A stretch of 64,000 nucleotides of DNA. It comes from Anthoceros angustus. Taxonomy: Eukaryota; Plantae; Anthocerotophyta. The notes beneath the pieces are model-generated. The model was not told where the DNA came from, ran no database searches, and saw nothing but the letters and a program-made list of their open reading frames with translations. Shown here in pieces: positions 12,890-26,000 of this stretch (the stretch's first letter is position 1; each line of letters starts with the position of its first letter). The translations under genes were made by a program, and so were the position numbers. The stretch spans positions 66,488-130,487 of the forward strand of contig VJWM01000284.1 of the NCBI GenBank assembly GCA_010909165.1. The letters are read 5' to 3'.

Positions 12890-15800
12890 TATTTAACAGC
12901 ACAATTGTTTCTTAGGGCACACTAACAATTGGACTACCCGCGTAGGGCACTAACAAGTGGCGGCCCTGCACACTTGCGGAGATTGATTGCATGATGTTTT
13001 TAGCTAAGGATGGGCAGCATCCCATCCAAGTACTATCCGTCTTATGTGTGGAGTTCCAATGAACTCATGTCTGGATGTCAGTCCTTGAAAGGAGGACGCC
13101 AGCCCTGTTTTGGGCTTTTAACTTTTATAGACATGCTCACTATATGATCAACAAAACAAAATAGATAAAAAAACGTTACAAATTGTGCTCACACTAACAA
13201 TTACATAAAGCTAGGTATGATGGCATAGTTTCAATACGTTCTAAGAAGATCTGTAAACACTAGGGCCATTGTACCAAGAAGAGTTCTAAACGCCAGGACC
13301 ACCATAAAATAGCCAAGTACCTCTAGTTAGACATGGACCATATGGCTGATCGAAAAACATCTTCGAATTATAGTTTTGCGGATTTGATTCCAATATTTTC
13401 AGATCCCCAGAATTCTCAACTTTATGTGTAATTAAATTATTAGCCTCATTCGCCGTGAAATAAAACAAATCGGCAAGATATGCTGGAGTATCATTGTCAC
13501 CACAAGGTACTGGACCCACTGCTGTAGAACCAAATCGTCCATTCCCCATTGCTACCGGCGAGTCTGGAGGTGATCGATATACCTCGCCTCCAAACATAAT
13601 ATCTGATGTGAATTGTTGAAGAGAATCTGGTGAGTAGATGGAGAAAGGCCAATAACCTACCGGCTTATTATTAATATACAACCACCAATTATCCGAAATC
13701 TTGCTCTTCATTATAAATATGCATCAAGGAAACAAAATATATTAGAAATTTAAATATGAAAAAATATTTTACTACAGTAATAAGAATCAACAAAAAACCA
13801 AGATAAGTAGAGTGTCATATACTTTGTAGATTGTAAATAGTAGACTTGTGCCCTCATAATTACCAGTAAAAGTTCCACCTAATAAATATTCTGAAGAAGT
13901 TTGGACAAATCCCGAGCATAAAAGATTATAACAACCAATAAAACGATAACCATCCGATCACAAGAACACAAAAACTCTAGTTAATCATAGAACACAAAAA
14001 AACTATTAGAGTTATTAAAACTATTCAAGGATTTATTTAGCACATACCGTCCAATATACAAACAAACGAGGATCCGTACTTCCCGCGTAGTGTGATGGAT
14101 ACACCTGTGTACAATAAATTCAATTCAAATCAATTCACGAGAAAAAATTGATGGACCAAGATATCAAATGCATAATGTTTACACTAAACCATAAGCAGAA
14201 CTTAGAAGACAAAATTTCTCAAATGCCTTACATGCCATCCCGCTTCAGCAGAGTTGAAGTCTTTTGTGTTCTGATTGATCACCCACATTTGGGAAAGTGT
14301 AAAATCTGTTTGAGGTGTTATGGGTTTCCAAAGACTAATGTGTACTCCTCCCGTGATATTCTCCTGTAGATTTGTCACATCAAAGCCATAGTAACAATCT
14401 TTATATGTTCATCATTAACAAATACCTAGTATGTATGAAAATTGCAACACTAGAATAACAAAATGCGACAATTCAAACGCATACTTGATGTATTCTCAGT
14501 GGAGTAGTAATTGAATGGTTAAGTGGATGAAGGTTCAAGTCCTCGTGTCTTTTGATATACTCGAGCTTGATGGGTCTTGAATTTCTTCTTTCGACATGCG
14601 AATAGGAATGGTACCTTGGGACAAGAACCTACTTCCTTTTATACAATTGAACTGTGGATTTGCCAAATCTTCCATGCCCATTGTTACAGTAGTCCGAGGT
14701 GATCGATATACCGCCTCCAAACATAATATCCGGATGAATTGTTGAAGAGAATCGGTGAGTAGATGGAGAAAGGCCAATAACCTACCGCTTATTATTAATA
14801 TACAACCACCAATTATCCAAATCTTGCTCTTCATTATAAATATGCATCAAGGAAACAAAATATATTAGAAATTTAAATATGAAAAAATATTTTACTACAG
14901 TAATAAGAATCAACAAAAAACCAAGATAAGTAGAGTGTCATATACTTTGTAGATTGTAAATAGTAGACTTGTGCCCTCATAATTACCAGTAAAAGTTCCA
15001 CCTAATAAATATTCTGAAGAAGTTTGGACAAATCCCGAGCATAAAAGATTATAACAACCAATAAAACGATAACCATCTGACTGCGCAACACAAAAAACTC
15101 TAGTTAATCATAGAACACAAAAAAACTATTAGAGTTATTAAAACTATTCAAGGATTTATTTAGCACATACCGTCCAATATACAAACAAACGAGGATCCGA
15201 TTTCGTGAGTGTGATGGATACACCTGTGTACAATAAATTCAATTCAAATCAATTCACGAGAAAAAATTGATGGACCAAGATATCAAATGCATAATGTTTA
15301 CACTAAACCATAAGCAGAACTTAGAAGACAAAATTTCTCAAATGCCTTACATGCCATCCCGCTTCAGCAGAGTTGAAGTCTTTTGTGTTCTGATTGATCA
15401 CCCACATTTGGGAAAGTGTAAAATCTGTTTGAGGTGTTATGGGTTTCCAAAGACTAATGTGTACTCCTCCCCCGTGATATTCTCCGTGTAGATTTGCTGT
15501 CACATACTGAAAGCCATAGTAACAATCTTTATATGTTCATCATTAACAAATACCTAGTATGTATGAAAATTGCAACACTAGAATAACAAAAATGCGACAA
15601 TTTCAAACTGCATACTTGATGTATTCCTGCAGGTGGAGTAGTAATTGAATGGTTAAGTGGATGAAGGTTCAAGTCCTCAGGTCTTTTTGATATACTCTCG
15701 AGCTTCAGTAGGTCTTGAATTTCTTCTTTCGACATGCGCAGAATAGGAATGGTACCTTCGGGACAAGAACCTACTTCCTTTTTATACAATTGAACTGGTG

Positions 15801-16755
15801 GATTTGCCAAATCTTCCATGTGCGCCATTGGTGGTGGTGGTTTCTGCATGTAGTGAACATGAAAGATTAAAAGATGTTGAAAATGAAAGCTAAATGTGTC
15901 CATAAACATTGAAGGCTTTAAATTACATCAATAACGTGATCTTGAAAGCGTGGATCTTGTAAGGTGACTTGATGTTCAACATTGACACAATCCACTATAG
16001 AGCCATCTGAAAGCTGCAATAGAGTCATGTGAAGAGCTATGAAAAAATTAGTATACTATTATGAATCTAGCTACATTCTCGAACAAATCAAAAGCAGTGG
16101 GAGGCAATCCAATAGAAAAGTCACATCAATAGGTGCAGAAACACAGTACATTGTGCGATTCAACAAATGGTAAGGTAACATTAGCCACCGAGAATGAATT
16201 AGCATGCCTAATTAATGACAAGCAAGCCAATAATAATAAACATCTAGCAAACATGATGATATCTCTCTTTGATTCCATGGTACCACAAACTACATAAAAT
16301 AACTTGACCTTTGCTCACATATATAGTGCATAACCATTTGGTATCTCGATCTTTTACATAAGGATATCTTGATATCTATCGTTTTATATATCTATATATC
16401 TTATCTCAAATAAAATTTTAATTTTAATAATTTTAAACCACTTTGAGAAAATAAGCTTTAAGTTCACATCACATCAATTTAATGTCAACATTTTTCCTCT
16501 GTAATGATCCCAACACCAAGAGCATGGTTGTGGGCATAACGTTCACAAGTATAAGAAGGAAGTTGAGCGTGTCAGTCAGGGAGACTTATTTGTGGAATTC
16601 CATCTAAAATAAAAGTGGCGCGGGTTGCACAAACTATGGTCCCCCTCTTTACTAAAATCATGATCACCACAAATTGTCGGTGCCATTTGCTCCTGGCCTC
16701 TCGGCCAAAGAAACTAGAGACTTCGCGCAACTAGATGCACAGAAACGCTCTTTAA
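12890..16755. repeat. Right arm of the inverted duplication
   Basis: Reverse-complement match to 1700-4555, plus an internal ~1.1 kb tandem duplication. Confidence 0.9.
13286..16278 (-). pseudogene. Second neprosin-family gene with an internal tandem duplication of exons 3-7 (disrupted, or mis-assembled)
   Basis: Same exon set as 2115-4157; last exon 13286-~13705 is intact with FGGEV. Block ~14680-15830 is repeated at ~13545-14680 (offset ~1119 bp) with indels near the junction. Confidence 0.8.
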
Positions 16756-17171
16756 CCTCTAATGGACGGAGCGGTTTTCCCCACTTTTCTCGATCGTTAA
16801 ATGATAGAAAACATGGGAGGGGCTTATCAATTTTCCTGTTTTTTGAACTCCACGATAATTACGAGTAGCTTGGATTCCCCCATTGAAGTCCTCTCTCCAT
16901 TGCTTACCGATGTGTGGTATTTCTTGAATGCAAATTGATTCAAGGTTCTAAGTTGTTTAGCGAGAGATTCTCCAAATTGATCGGCATGGTGCAAACCAAC
17001 GAGAGATTCCTCATATCTTTAGTACTAGTACTAAAGAAAACTGCATGTCGTACTTGCAGTTGCTCCTCAGCATGATTTACGACATCCACTAGTGCTAAAT
17101 TGTTCTTTTCCAAAACAGGCAGGAAACCAGACATGCTTTCCTTTTCATGCCTGTTGTGGCAGCTAATGTTT

Positions 17172-17700
17172 TTACACTGGTGTCTCCTTTGGCCTAGCTA
17201 GTCTATCCATACAATTCAAAGTCCTCCATATCTTCGCCATATGATGATGAAGGTTTGCTGGAGTCCATGGTACTACTAAGATTGGCAGCCTTGTTAGCCA
17301 TAAATTCATCAATAGAATCACACAAACAGTGAGCCAAAGTGGGCCAAAGAATGACTTTGGCAGCCTCTGAGATTCACGCACTCCTTTATCCATACACCAA
17401 TAGGAACTCTTGCCGGAATGAGATCCTCTTTCCCAATCTGCACTCTTGTTATACTCTCTCTTGTAGAACAACCACTTATCCTGGCACTGTTTTGCTGTCC
17501 GGTACACTCCTAGAGCTGCATAAGCAATTGAGATTGCTTACCACCTGACATCACCACTTGTGGGTTTTTTTCTTTGTACCACCTTCTTTGTGCTTTACCA
17601 TGTCTTCCCTGCGACAGGCCACCAACACCAACAACATGCTTTCATCCCACCTTCTACACTCTTCAGACATGGGAATACCTTCTGCACAAGATTCCGTGGA
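17172..17700 (-). pseudogene. Decayed trihelix / Myb-SANT-like DNA-binding gene (possibly transposon-derived)
   Basis: RWDESMLLVLVACRRE...GVYRTAKQCQDKW...SYWCMDKGVRESQRLPKSF, with stops and frameshifts. Confidence 0.7.
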
Positions 17701-18280
17701 AGTCTGTGGTGGCATGTCTGTGTTCTTCTTGTGAGTTGATCCTTTTATGGTTTTCCATTTCTTCTGTATAGGGGTTAGCTCAAGAATTGGCTCTTGAGTA
17801 AGAAATGACTGTGGCAGGTGATCATTTCGCACCGCTTGTGTGTAACACGATAGTATTTGAAGTGGCTGAATATATATGAACCCGCTTCCAAAAATCAAAA
17901 TCCCTCTTGTGCAAATCTTGACAGTAACTACAATGCATATTTAAGCATGTTTTGATTATATGGGGTGAGTGTTATTCCTTCGGATTGCAATTTCAGTCCA
18001 TTTGTAAGAGCAATACCTAGTTATGGTGGTTGGCGCCGGCTTGCCAGTGCCCATACTGAACCCCTCTTTACAATAGGGTGTCATGGACGGCTTAAAAATC
18101 AGCCCTGAAGTCGTTACTGGTGAAAGGATTCAGAAGTCGGAAGGCACCAGCATGCCGGCGCCCTCTACACAACACAAAGTTCGACAAAACAATATGTAAC
18201 CCTCAACCCACAAAAGTGTGACCTAACCCGCACGCTCATCAAAACAAGGCTGAGAATCTGGTGGGCACTGCCCAGACACA

Positions 18281-21200
18281 CTAGCCATAACTACTTCCAG
18301 ATTCTTCAGTCGCGCCTGATCGGGTCTTCAAAGGTGTCGTTCTCCTCCAGGATATTTTCAGTGTCCGATGAGCCCCCTCGACATCCTTCGGCGGTGTCCG
18401 TTGGACGCCAGATTGTGTCCAATGTCTGCTGCCCACCGTCGAGGATGTCTTTAGTTTTCTCTTTCCTCTTGGAAGACCCCGAAGAAATAACTTGAGCTTG
18501 GACAAACTTTTTTCCGACAAGGTCACCTCTTTAGCCCAGAACTGAGTTGGCCCACGGTGGTGTGGCTCGTGGTTCAACTCCTCCTCTGCGTCCAGCAAAA
18601 CTTCATATCTATGGATCCTCTGAGGAATGAACTTTGCGCAGCGCTTGTCTGTATCCACAGCAATGCGATTCCGGCCACATAGCAGAGCAGCCAATGTTGT
18701 CAAACTACTCCCAGCACAGGCGTCTAAAATCCAATCTCCCTCCTGTGAAAAGTTTTGATGATTCTCATCAATTTGCTCAATGGCCTCTGATACGCACTGA
18801 CTACTAGCTTATCGAGAGATGTGTATAGCAGCTTCTTCACCACAGTATCATGCCCAATGACCGCATGTCCGTTGTTGAAGGAACCCTGCACATTATGTGG
18901 GAGCATGGAAACTCTGGCCTTCTCGATACGAGATGTTGTCCCATACAAATGAGACCCGACCTCCCCCTGTGCACCACTTTCACATTGTCTCCCTGACCGT
19001 GTGGTGCTCTTCCACACCATGCATCACTATCTTCCTTATCTCATCGCAACTTGTCATATCATGGAACGCATCGAAAACTATACTCATCTGTTGCAAGCCC
19101 ATTGTCACATCATGCTTCCCCTTGTTGAACCCTCTAGGCACATCCATGACTATCAATGTTTACTTTCGAATTCGCAGGAAACCTCTCATGTCAATTATAT
19201 CCCTTACCATAACTTGGTACTTGACAATGTTCTCAGTCGTCGGTACTGTGAAAGATTGCAGGCCTTCCTCCATGTCCATGTCTGCCATTGCCCTTTGCTC
19301 CTCCTCTAGGCCTTTCCAAGTGTGCGCTTCAAGCATAAAAGCTTGAAAATCATATGGAAGTTCCTTCAGGTCATCTACATCCTTAACTTGTTATTCAAAC
19401 GAAAGAAGGTGAGTTCATTAGCACGTAGAAGAGGGAGAGGGGAAGAACACTTGCGAGGGCACCAACATGCCGGCGCCCCATTCGGGAAACAGCATAGCAA
19501 AGAAGCATGAACCAACCTTGCCCTCAAACGCCATCTGAAATCTTGCGATGACCTTGTCCGTTGAGTTTTGGGGATATTTCTGCCTGACTTGCTCGAATGA
19601 GTCACATTCGAAGTGCTTGGCCATTACCATCTGAATGACATGGAACTTCTTCTGAAGTGTGATTTCCTTCGCCATCCCATTGAGGTCTAGAAGCCCCGTC
19701 AAAACCTTCTCTGTTGCACTTATCAACATTTGGTGGCCACTCTCTCTAGGTGGGATGCCTTGGAAACTCCTTGAGGGCTTGCCTTGCATCTCTTTTGGCT
19801 TGAGAAAGACGCCATCTACTGCCTTCAACTCGTCAGTCACTTTATGTTTGCCCTTGCTCTTCTGGCTTGTGCCCTCTGCAACATGTTTTGCCTGTTCCGG
19901 CAACTCCATGGCCTCCCACTTGCTAAATATTTTGTCCACATTCTCCCACACTTTTCCTTCCAACTTGGAGATGCATAGAATATGGGTCCTATTGTCCACC
20001 TTGTTCTGTTTATACTGCTTATCCTCACGGCCTTCGTCGTCCTTGATCAGTCCAAGTACTTTGTACAGGTTGAATTTCTAGTTTATGGTCATGTTCACAC
20101 CATCCCGCTTCGCGATTTGCAACTCGTCTCTCAACTTGACTTGCTCAATAAAGTTCATCTTTCTCCTCTTGTCGGACATGGTGTTGTAGTCAGTGGCTAA
20201 AACTCTCATCTCCAGAACAATGAGACCACAATATACATGAGCCTCAATCCACTGGAGGCTCGCCTTACCGGGTGATATGTCCGCATAGCTGCATATATAT
20301 ATATGGTTTCCTCCAAGCACTCCAATCACATACTTCTTAGCCCTGAACTTCTTCCAATCCAGGGAATTAATATCATTGCACTCTTCCGAATCAATCATGC
20401 AAAGGAGAGGCAGCACTCCTTCCTCGATTTCCCCTTTACCCGGGCTAGGTAGTTTGCCCAAGCCTTGTCCACTCTTTGGATTTGCGCATCTGGAGTTAGG
20501 AAGGAAGCAGGTCTCAAGTATTCCAGCTTTACCAACACGGTTTCTGGAACCACTTTCTTCGCATATGCAGCTTCCCTAACAGTCCTCAAATAATCCTCAT
20601 CCAAAACTGATGCCTCCAACCTTTCCTCATCAGTGGACACATGAACAATTGGAATATCGTGGATGTCAGATGGTCTTGCCACTCGCCTGCCCTTCGTCTT
20701 CCCCCTTCCTCACTTTGGGCTCTGCTGACATCGCAGGAGGCTGCTTTCCACTTCCGACTACCACCTGAAGAAACCCGGACCCCACCATCATCAACCACTG
20801 GAGGGGCGCCGACATGTCGGCACCCCTCATGGTTGTCCGCACTGGGTCTGGCCTTCGCTGCCTGTCCATGCCCACTTTGAGCCTTCTTCCCTGTCGGTGG
20901 CTTACTATTGCCACTCCCAGTCCCAGACCCCGGTTCACTCCTAGATTGAAGAACTGCATCTTCATAGGTTGCGGGGTGCCATTTGCCTTGAGAAGGGCCT
21001 GCAGTGGCATGCCGGTGCCCCTCCTCCACTCTTGCATTGTACCCGGGCATAAACCAAGAAACCTGAGGGGTACCCAATTCCTGCATAGCAGGTAGGGTGC
21101 CGGCATGCCGGCGCCCTACCTCTTCCTCATCGTCGATAACACGCGGCACTGAGGGCACAAGCACGGAAGCACCTGGTGGATCGGGTGCAAAGTCCAGATT

Positions 21201-22272
21201 GATATCCGTCTCCTTCTCTTCATCTTCCCCATCGTATCCGTCGTCATCCGATTGACCAAGGACATCCGGAATGGGGCCATCATCTTGATCTGATGGGCCA
21301 ATCTTTAGCTCTAAGTCAACATTAGCATGACATTGTTCCTCTAGGGCGAATTCAGGCAGTCCCTGTCTTGTTCCCCGGAAAGACATCTTCCTTTTGTGAT
21401 TGATCATGGACTTTGTGATGACCCCACAGAGGCATCTATAGAACGCTCTTTCGGGCTGAAAATCACAAGAGGCAAGTGTCAGTTAACATGGAGCACGAAA
21501 AGTGGTAGCTCATGAATGAAGACAGACAATTTCCACTTACATTTTGTCCCCGTAGACTTTCACGAAATTGCATTGAAAGCTCCTTGGGTTTACATTTCTT
21601 TGCGTGGAAGCCATCCAGCCTGAAAAGGAATACTGGTAATTATCTGGTGTATGCGGCAATTGATCAATGACATAGGGTCTTGATGTGCAAAGCACTTGGA
21701 CCTCGGGATGTCCATTTTCCATGTCCAAGCTTGCCCACAAAACCCATCCGGCCCTTGCGCGCTGGTTGGGCAGAGCACCCATGCATCCTGTTATTCACAA
21801 CTTCAACAGAGGGGTCCAGATTGCACTATCTTCTTCCGGCTCTCTAGCTTGAGTGAAAAACCAATCTTTCTCTAATGCCGATGTTTCCTCAACCTGGCTT
21901 GTGTGTCTCCGTAATTGAACTGCCTCATACATGTATGGCGATGGATTAGGCTCCGGAGTACCCTTCTTTTTACTCCTTGACATTGCGGTCTTCTCACCAC
22001 CCCTTCCCTGCGCCTTTGTGGTGCTGGCCTTTGCTGAATTTAGAGACCCAGCCTTTCCGACACCCTGAAGACTTGTTAGAATTGCATCGCAAGGCTGGAG
22101 ACAAGGAATACCAATAGGGCCGGCAGAAGTTAGAACCGGGAATGGAGATTCGGGGCAAAGGGTCTTCTTTCTTCGCCTTCGATTTACGCGGATTCTTCAG
22201 CCTCCCCACAATCCCAGGCTGATCCAGAACGGGCTCTGCCAGGTCCTTCTTGCTGCGTCTTCCACTCGCCAT
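18281..22272 (-). pseudogene. Decayed large gene: low-complexity N-terminal region, ParB-like domain, and C-terminal beta-class N4C/N6A DNA methyltransferase-like domain
   Basis: Hand translation across stops and frameshifts gives VLGGNH...VYCGL...LATDYN (~20140-20320), LIVMDVPRG (19156-19130; motif IV position), FVWD, and AYQRPLSKLMRIIKTF[S]QEGDWILDACAGSSLTTLAALLCGRNRIAVD (motifs X, I, II; needs one extra T in the run at 18748-18751). Confidence 0.75.
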
Positions 22273-23059
22273 GCCTCTGGACACACCAGCATCAATAAGA
22301 AGAGACGGACAACAAGGCCACGGTTTGCGAGCAAAAACTCACAACCACAAAACTGCATACCTATGTCGCCCTCGCAAACACCTCCTTGCAAGCTTTGAGA
22401 AGGCCTCCTCGTCAATCACACCTGGTGCAAATGGTATGCTGGGAATTCCACGAAGATGGCGCGCAAGCGGCCTACCTTTTAAGCTATGTTGGAACTCGCA
22501 CTTACGCTCGCGCGCTTGCCACCATCAGGATTCAATCCGACTTTCCCCTACAAGAATTGCGCTACGTAATGGGGAACCTACTTACCATAAACCCTACTTA
22601 GAAGCGGCCAGCCGTAAGAAACCCTATTCCGATGACAACAACCACACTAGTGCCTAATATCATTTTGAAAACCCCATGATCCAGTCATAAGTGAATCGTA
22701 TTTGACCCTATCTCGAGCATTATTAAAACCATAATAACACCATAAGTGCACTCTATTTTGAGCATAGACATCGTAGTGTTAGTGACCCGAACTGCGATCA
22801 AATGGCGGCGCCGTATGTTTGGCTGATTGTATGCAACTGGTAGGTGTTATGTCTCCTTCATTGTTCCTCTAGTCAGTCCAGCTTGAAATTGGAAGAAAGA
22901 GGAGAGTTTGAGCGTGGTAGCGGAGCATGAGCGGTTTCGGTGTCTGGAGGAGGGCTTCTTGTTCCAGGCTTTACGGTGAGTGCAGAGAGGCACATCTACG
23001 CCGTTTCTGAGGGCTGGTGGTGCCCGCTGGTCCAGGGTGGCCTCTCTGCCATAATGCTG

Positions 23060-26000
23060 CATTCCATCCATGGCTTGGACGAGGATTAGGTATTGTCTAC
23101 TGTGGAGTATCACATGTATCCTAACCATTCTCTGAACTGTCAGGATGAATGATTTTTTTTGTTTTTGGTGTCTTAGTATAGCGGAATGCTTTGGAATCGT
23201 CCAGGTAAGGCCTTTTACGGAAAGGGTCCTTGGCCCATGGTGATAATAATATTTTCTTGTCCTTGGGTTTCGACCCTGGTTAGGAAGGTTAGGTATAGAG
23301 TCCTTGGGTTTCGGTAATTTTAGAAATAAGAAGGTGTCTATATATGCTAGGGGATGCTAGGGATATATGCTATAGTTGCGCAGTCAAGTGGGGAGGTGGC
23401 TAGTTCCACCACGGTGGCCGGGCTGACGAGGGAGTTCACAACCCTAGTGGCGGAGGCGGGCGCCACGGTCTCGGGCGCAAGCGGAAGAAGCCACATCATG
23501 AGGTCGCAATTTCCGGGCGTCTGGGAGCTGCCGCATGGCGCCGCATGCAATGCGCTGCGCCAAATCACCGTTCTTGTCACGGTGGCGGCGTGTCGATCGG
23601 CGGGCGGTGAGGCCACGAGCGAATCGCGAAGGAGGAAAAAGGCGGCGGGAGGATCAGCCGAGGGAGCGACAGGGGAGGCGTGCTTTTCCTCTCGACCAGT
23701 CGCGGGAGGCCGAGTTTTGAAGGCGAAGGAGGAAGGAGATGGCACCTCGAGCCGGCAAAATTCCACCATCGGTGGCCCAACATGGACCCTTTGGAAGGTT
23801 AGAGTGATCTTGTGGGGAACCTAGATTTCATGGAGAAGAAATGGTGCTCGATGACCCATTAGTGCAAGAGTGTGCCCATGTGAGAACCAAAAGCAAGAGG
23901 CGGCCGAGGAAGAGGCCGCAAAATTGGGATTTGGGGCTCTTCCGTGTATGGGCGAAGAATCAAGATGGAGCTGGTGATTGAAGAGAAGAAAACTCGAAGC
24001 TGCAGCCAGCGCTCATGAAGCCAGGGAAGTGAGAGTTAACAATGGTTGGGTGACTCTTGCCTCATGCGGTGGTGGGTTGGCCAAGTGGATTTTGTGTTTC
24101 CTTGAATCGAAAGTTAGATCACATGGCGGACCACTTCACGGTCTTCCTTCATGGGTCAAGACGCATTCGATTGGGGAAGGATGATTTTTGAAAGAGCTTG
24201 TGAAGAGAAGGCTCTCCCCTCCTCGGCCTTCCTTGATTTCACCCTTTTGATTCATGTGTTTGAGCATTGGATGCCTAGCAGTTGGAAGCCGTGTCACGCC
24301 CTTCATAGGCGGAAACCGTCGAGAACTCAAGGTGGAGGAGGAGGAGCATAAGGAGGATTCGGAAGGATTCCGTTGAGAATCGCCTCACTAGAGGATTCGG
24401 ATGAGGTGGAGAGGTTTCAAGGCAAGAGGAGTAGCAGTGAGCGAAGTCGGCCAAAAGGGAAAAACAGCCGCGGAGGAAGGCTACACCTAGGGTCACGAGG
24501 TCGAAATCGGCGGGGCGGGTGAAGGAGGAGAAAATAAAAGGGAGGCAGGGTCCCCCTTTCGGTGCGAGGATGAGTCACGCCACTAGGGAGGTTGAAGCGG
24601 ATAAAGGGTAGTTGCGGATCAACCCCTAGGAGAGGAAGGGCTAATTTCGGCAGCCGCGATGGAGCTCAAAGACATTTTTGGCGACATCTCATTGACCCGC
24701 CCAGCTGAAGTAGAGATAAGTGACACCGCTCGCGTGCGGGAATTGTTGTGGAGGGGATGGGCAGGCGCCCAATTCTGAAGGTGACCTCGGCCATGGCTCG
24801 ATCAGTGGACCTTCTCGATCGACCATGGCTCTCACTTGGCTGAGTGTGCGGGCAACAAAGTTGCTCAAGGAGAAGTTGGAGGGCCTAGAGGGCAAGAACA
24901 AGGTGGCGGAGGGTCGCGAGGAGTGCGAGGAGGCATTGTGCAAGGCACGAGGGGTGAAGGCCATGACCACCCAACAGGAGGCCCTAGTAAATCAAGTAAA
25001 AGGAGCGACGCCACGATTGAGGAGCTAATGAGGTCTCATGAGTCCAAGAGCAAGTGGAGACGATGGCGCCCGGAGAAATTCAAGAAATCGAGAGATAAAA
25101 GCTGAGAGATGAAGCTAGGGCCGAGTCAAGAGAGAGGCAGTAAACCAAGAAGGGCAGAGCAGCCCACCGCAGAGTCAAGCAACCACCGTGGGGAAGCAAC
25201 CACCACGGTGGCTAAACCGCCACCGTCATGAGGGAGGAGGAACCGAGGTGGGGAAGCCACCGGCAGAGCGTGCAGTGGGGATACGACTCCCGGGTTCCAA
25301 GGGGCACGGGTTCGGATTGTCCATGGGAGGAGAGGGTAAGGACCTGAGCGTATGGGCGAGTCGCGGCCCCGGATGAGGATGCTCATGTCCTCGGCCGTCG
25401 ATGGTGAGCGGGTGCTCACTCTAAATGTGTATGTGGTTGTTGGGACAAAGGGGCAAACCATCGGGTTGCACATCTTGACCGCCACGCTACGCTGGTTCCT
25501 TCGAACGGAGTCAGCCTACCCCAAGTGGTGATCGAGGAGATGAGCGGAGGCAGGCGTGGAGGGAGGAGAACACTGTGGCCGTCCACGACGAGGAGTGGAA
25601 CAATGCATAGGGCTTATAGACGCATCGACGCCCACCAAAGACGCCAAGAAACCGCAGTGAAGTGAGGTGGAGGTTTTGGGGAGAATCGCTCGGATCGAGG
25701 CGCGGGCAGAGAGCGAGAGCGAGGGGACCCCATCAAGTGGCTAGGCAAAGAATCATGACGCGCCATTGATTTTAGAGGAGCGACAGTGCCGTGGGTTTTT
25801 CTAAGTTAGGGATAGGATGTTTTGAGGGTTCATGGAGTCAGAAGTTACTGAATTGGTAGGAGCGCCTGGTAGTGGGTCATATTTTCAGACACTGAGAGGA
25901 GTGAGCTGGAGATCCGACAAATGGATGTAAGAGATCCTTTTGTGTCTCTCTTAACAGACAATTCTGTGTGAGCTCTGGTGTTGAACCTCACGCGAGGTTG

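Noticed and set aside
16752-16790. piggyBac-like TTAA end where the inverted-repeat homology stops
   Set aside because: No matching opposite TIR or transposase found in the window.
18281-22272. Bacterial contamination as the source of the MTase-like sequence
   Set aside because: It is decayed, fused to long low-complexity eukaryote-like regions, and flanked by a plant trihelix relic and plant retroelements, with no operon-like neighbours.
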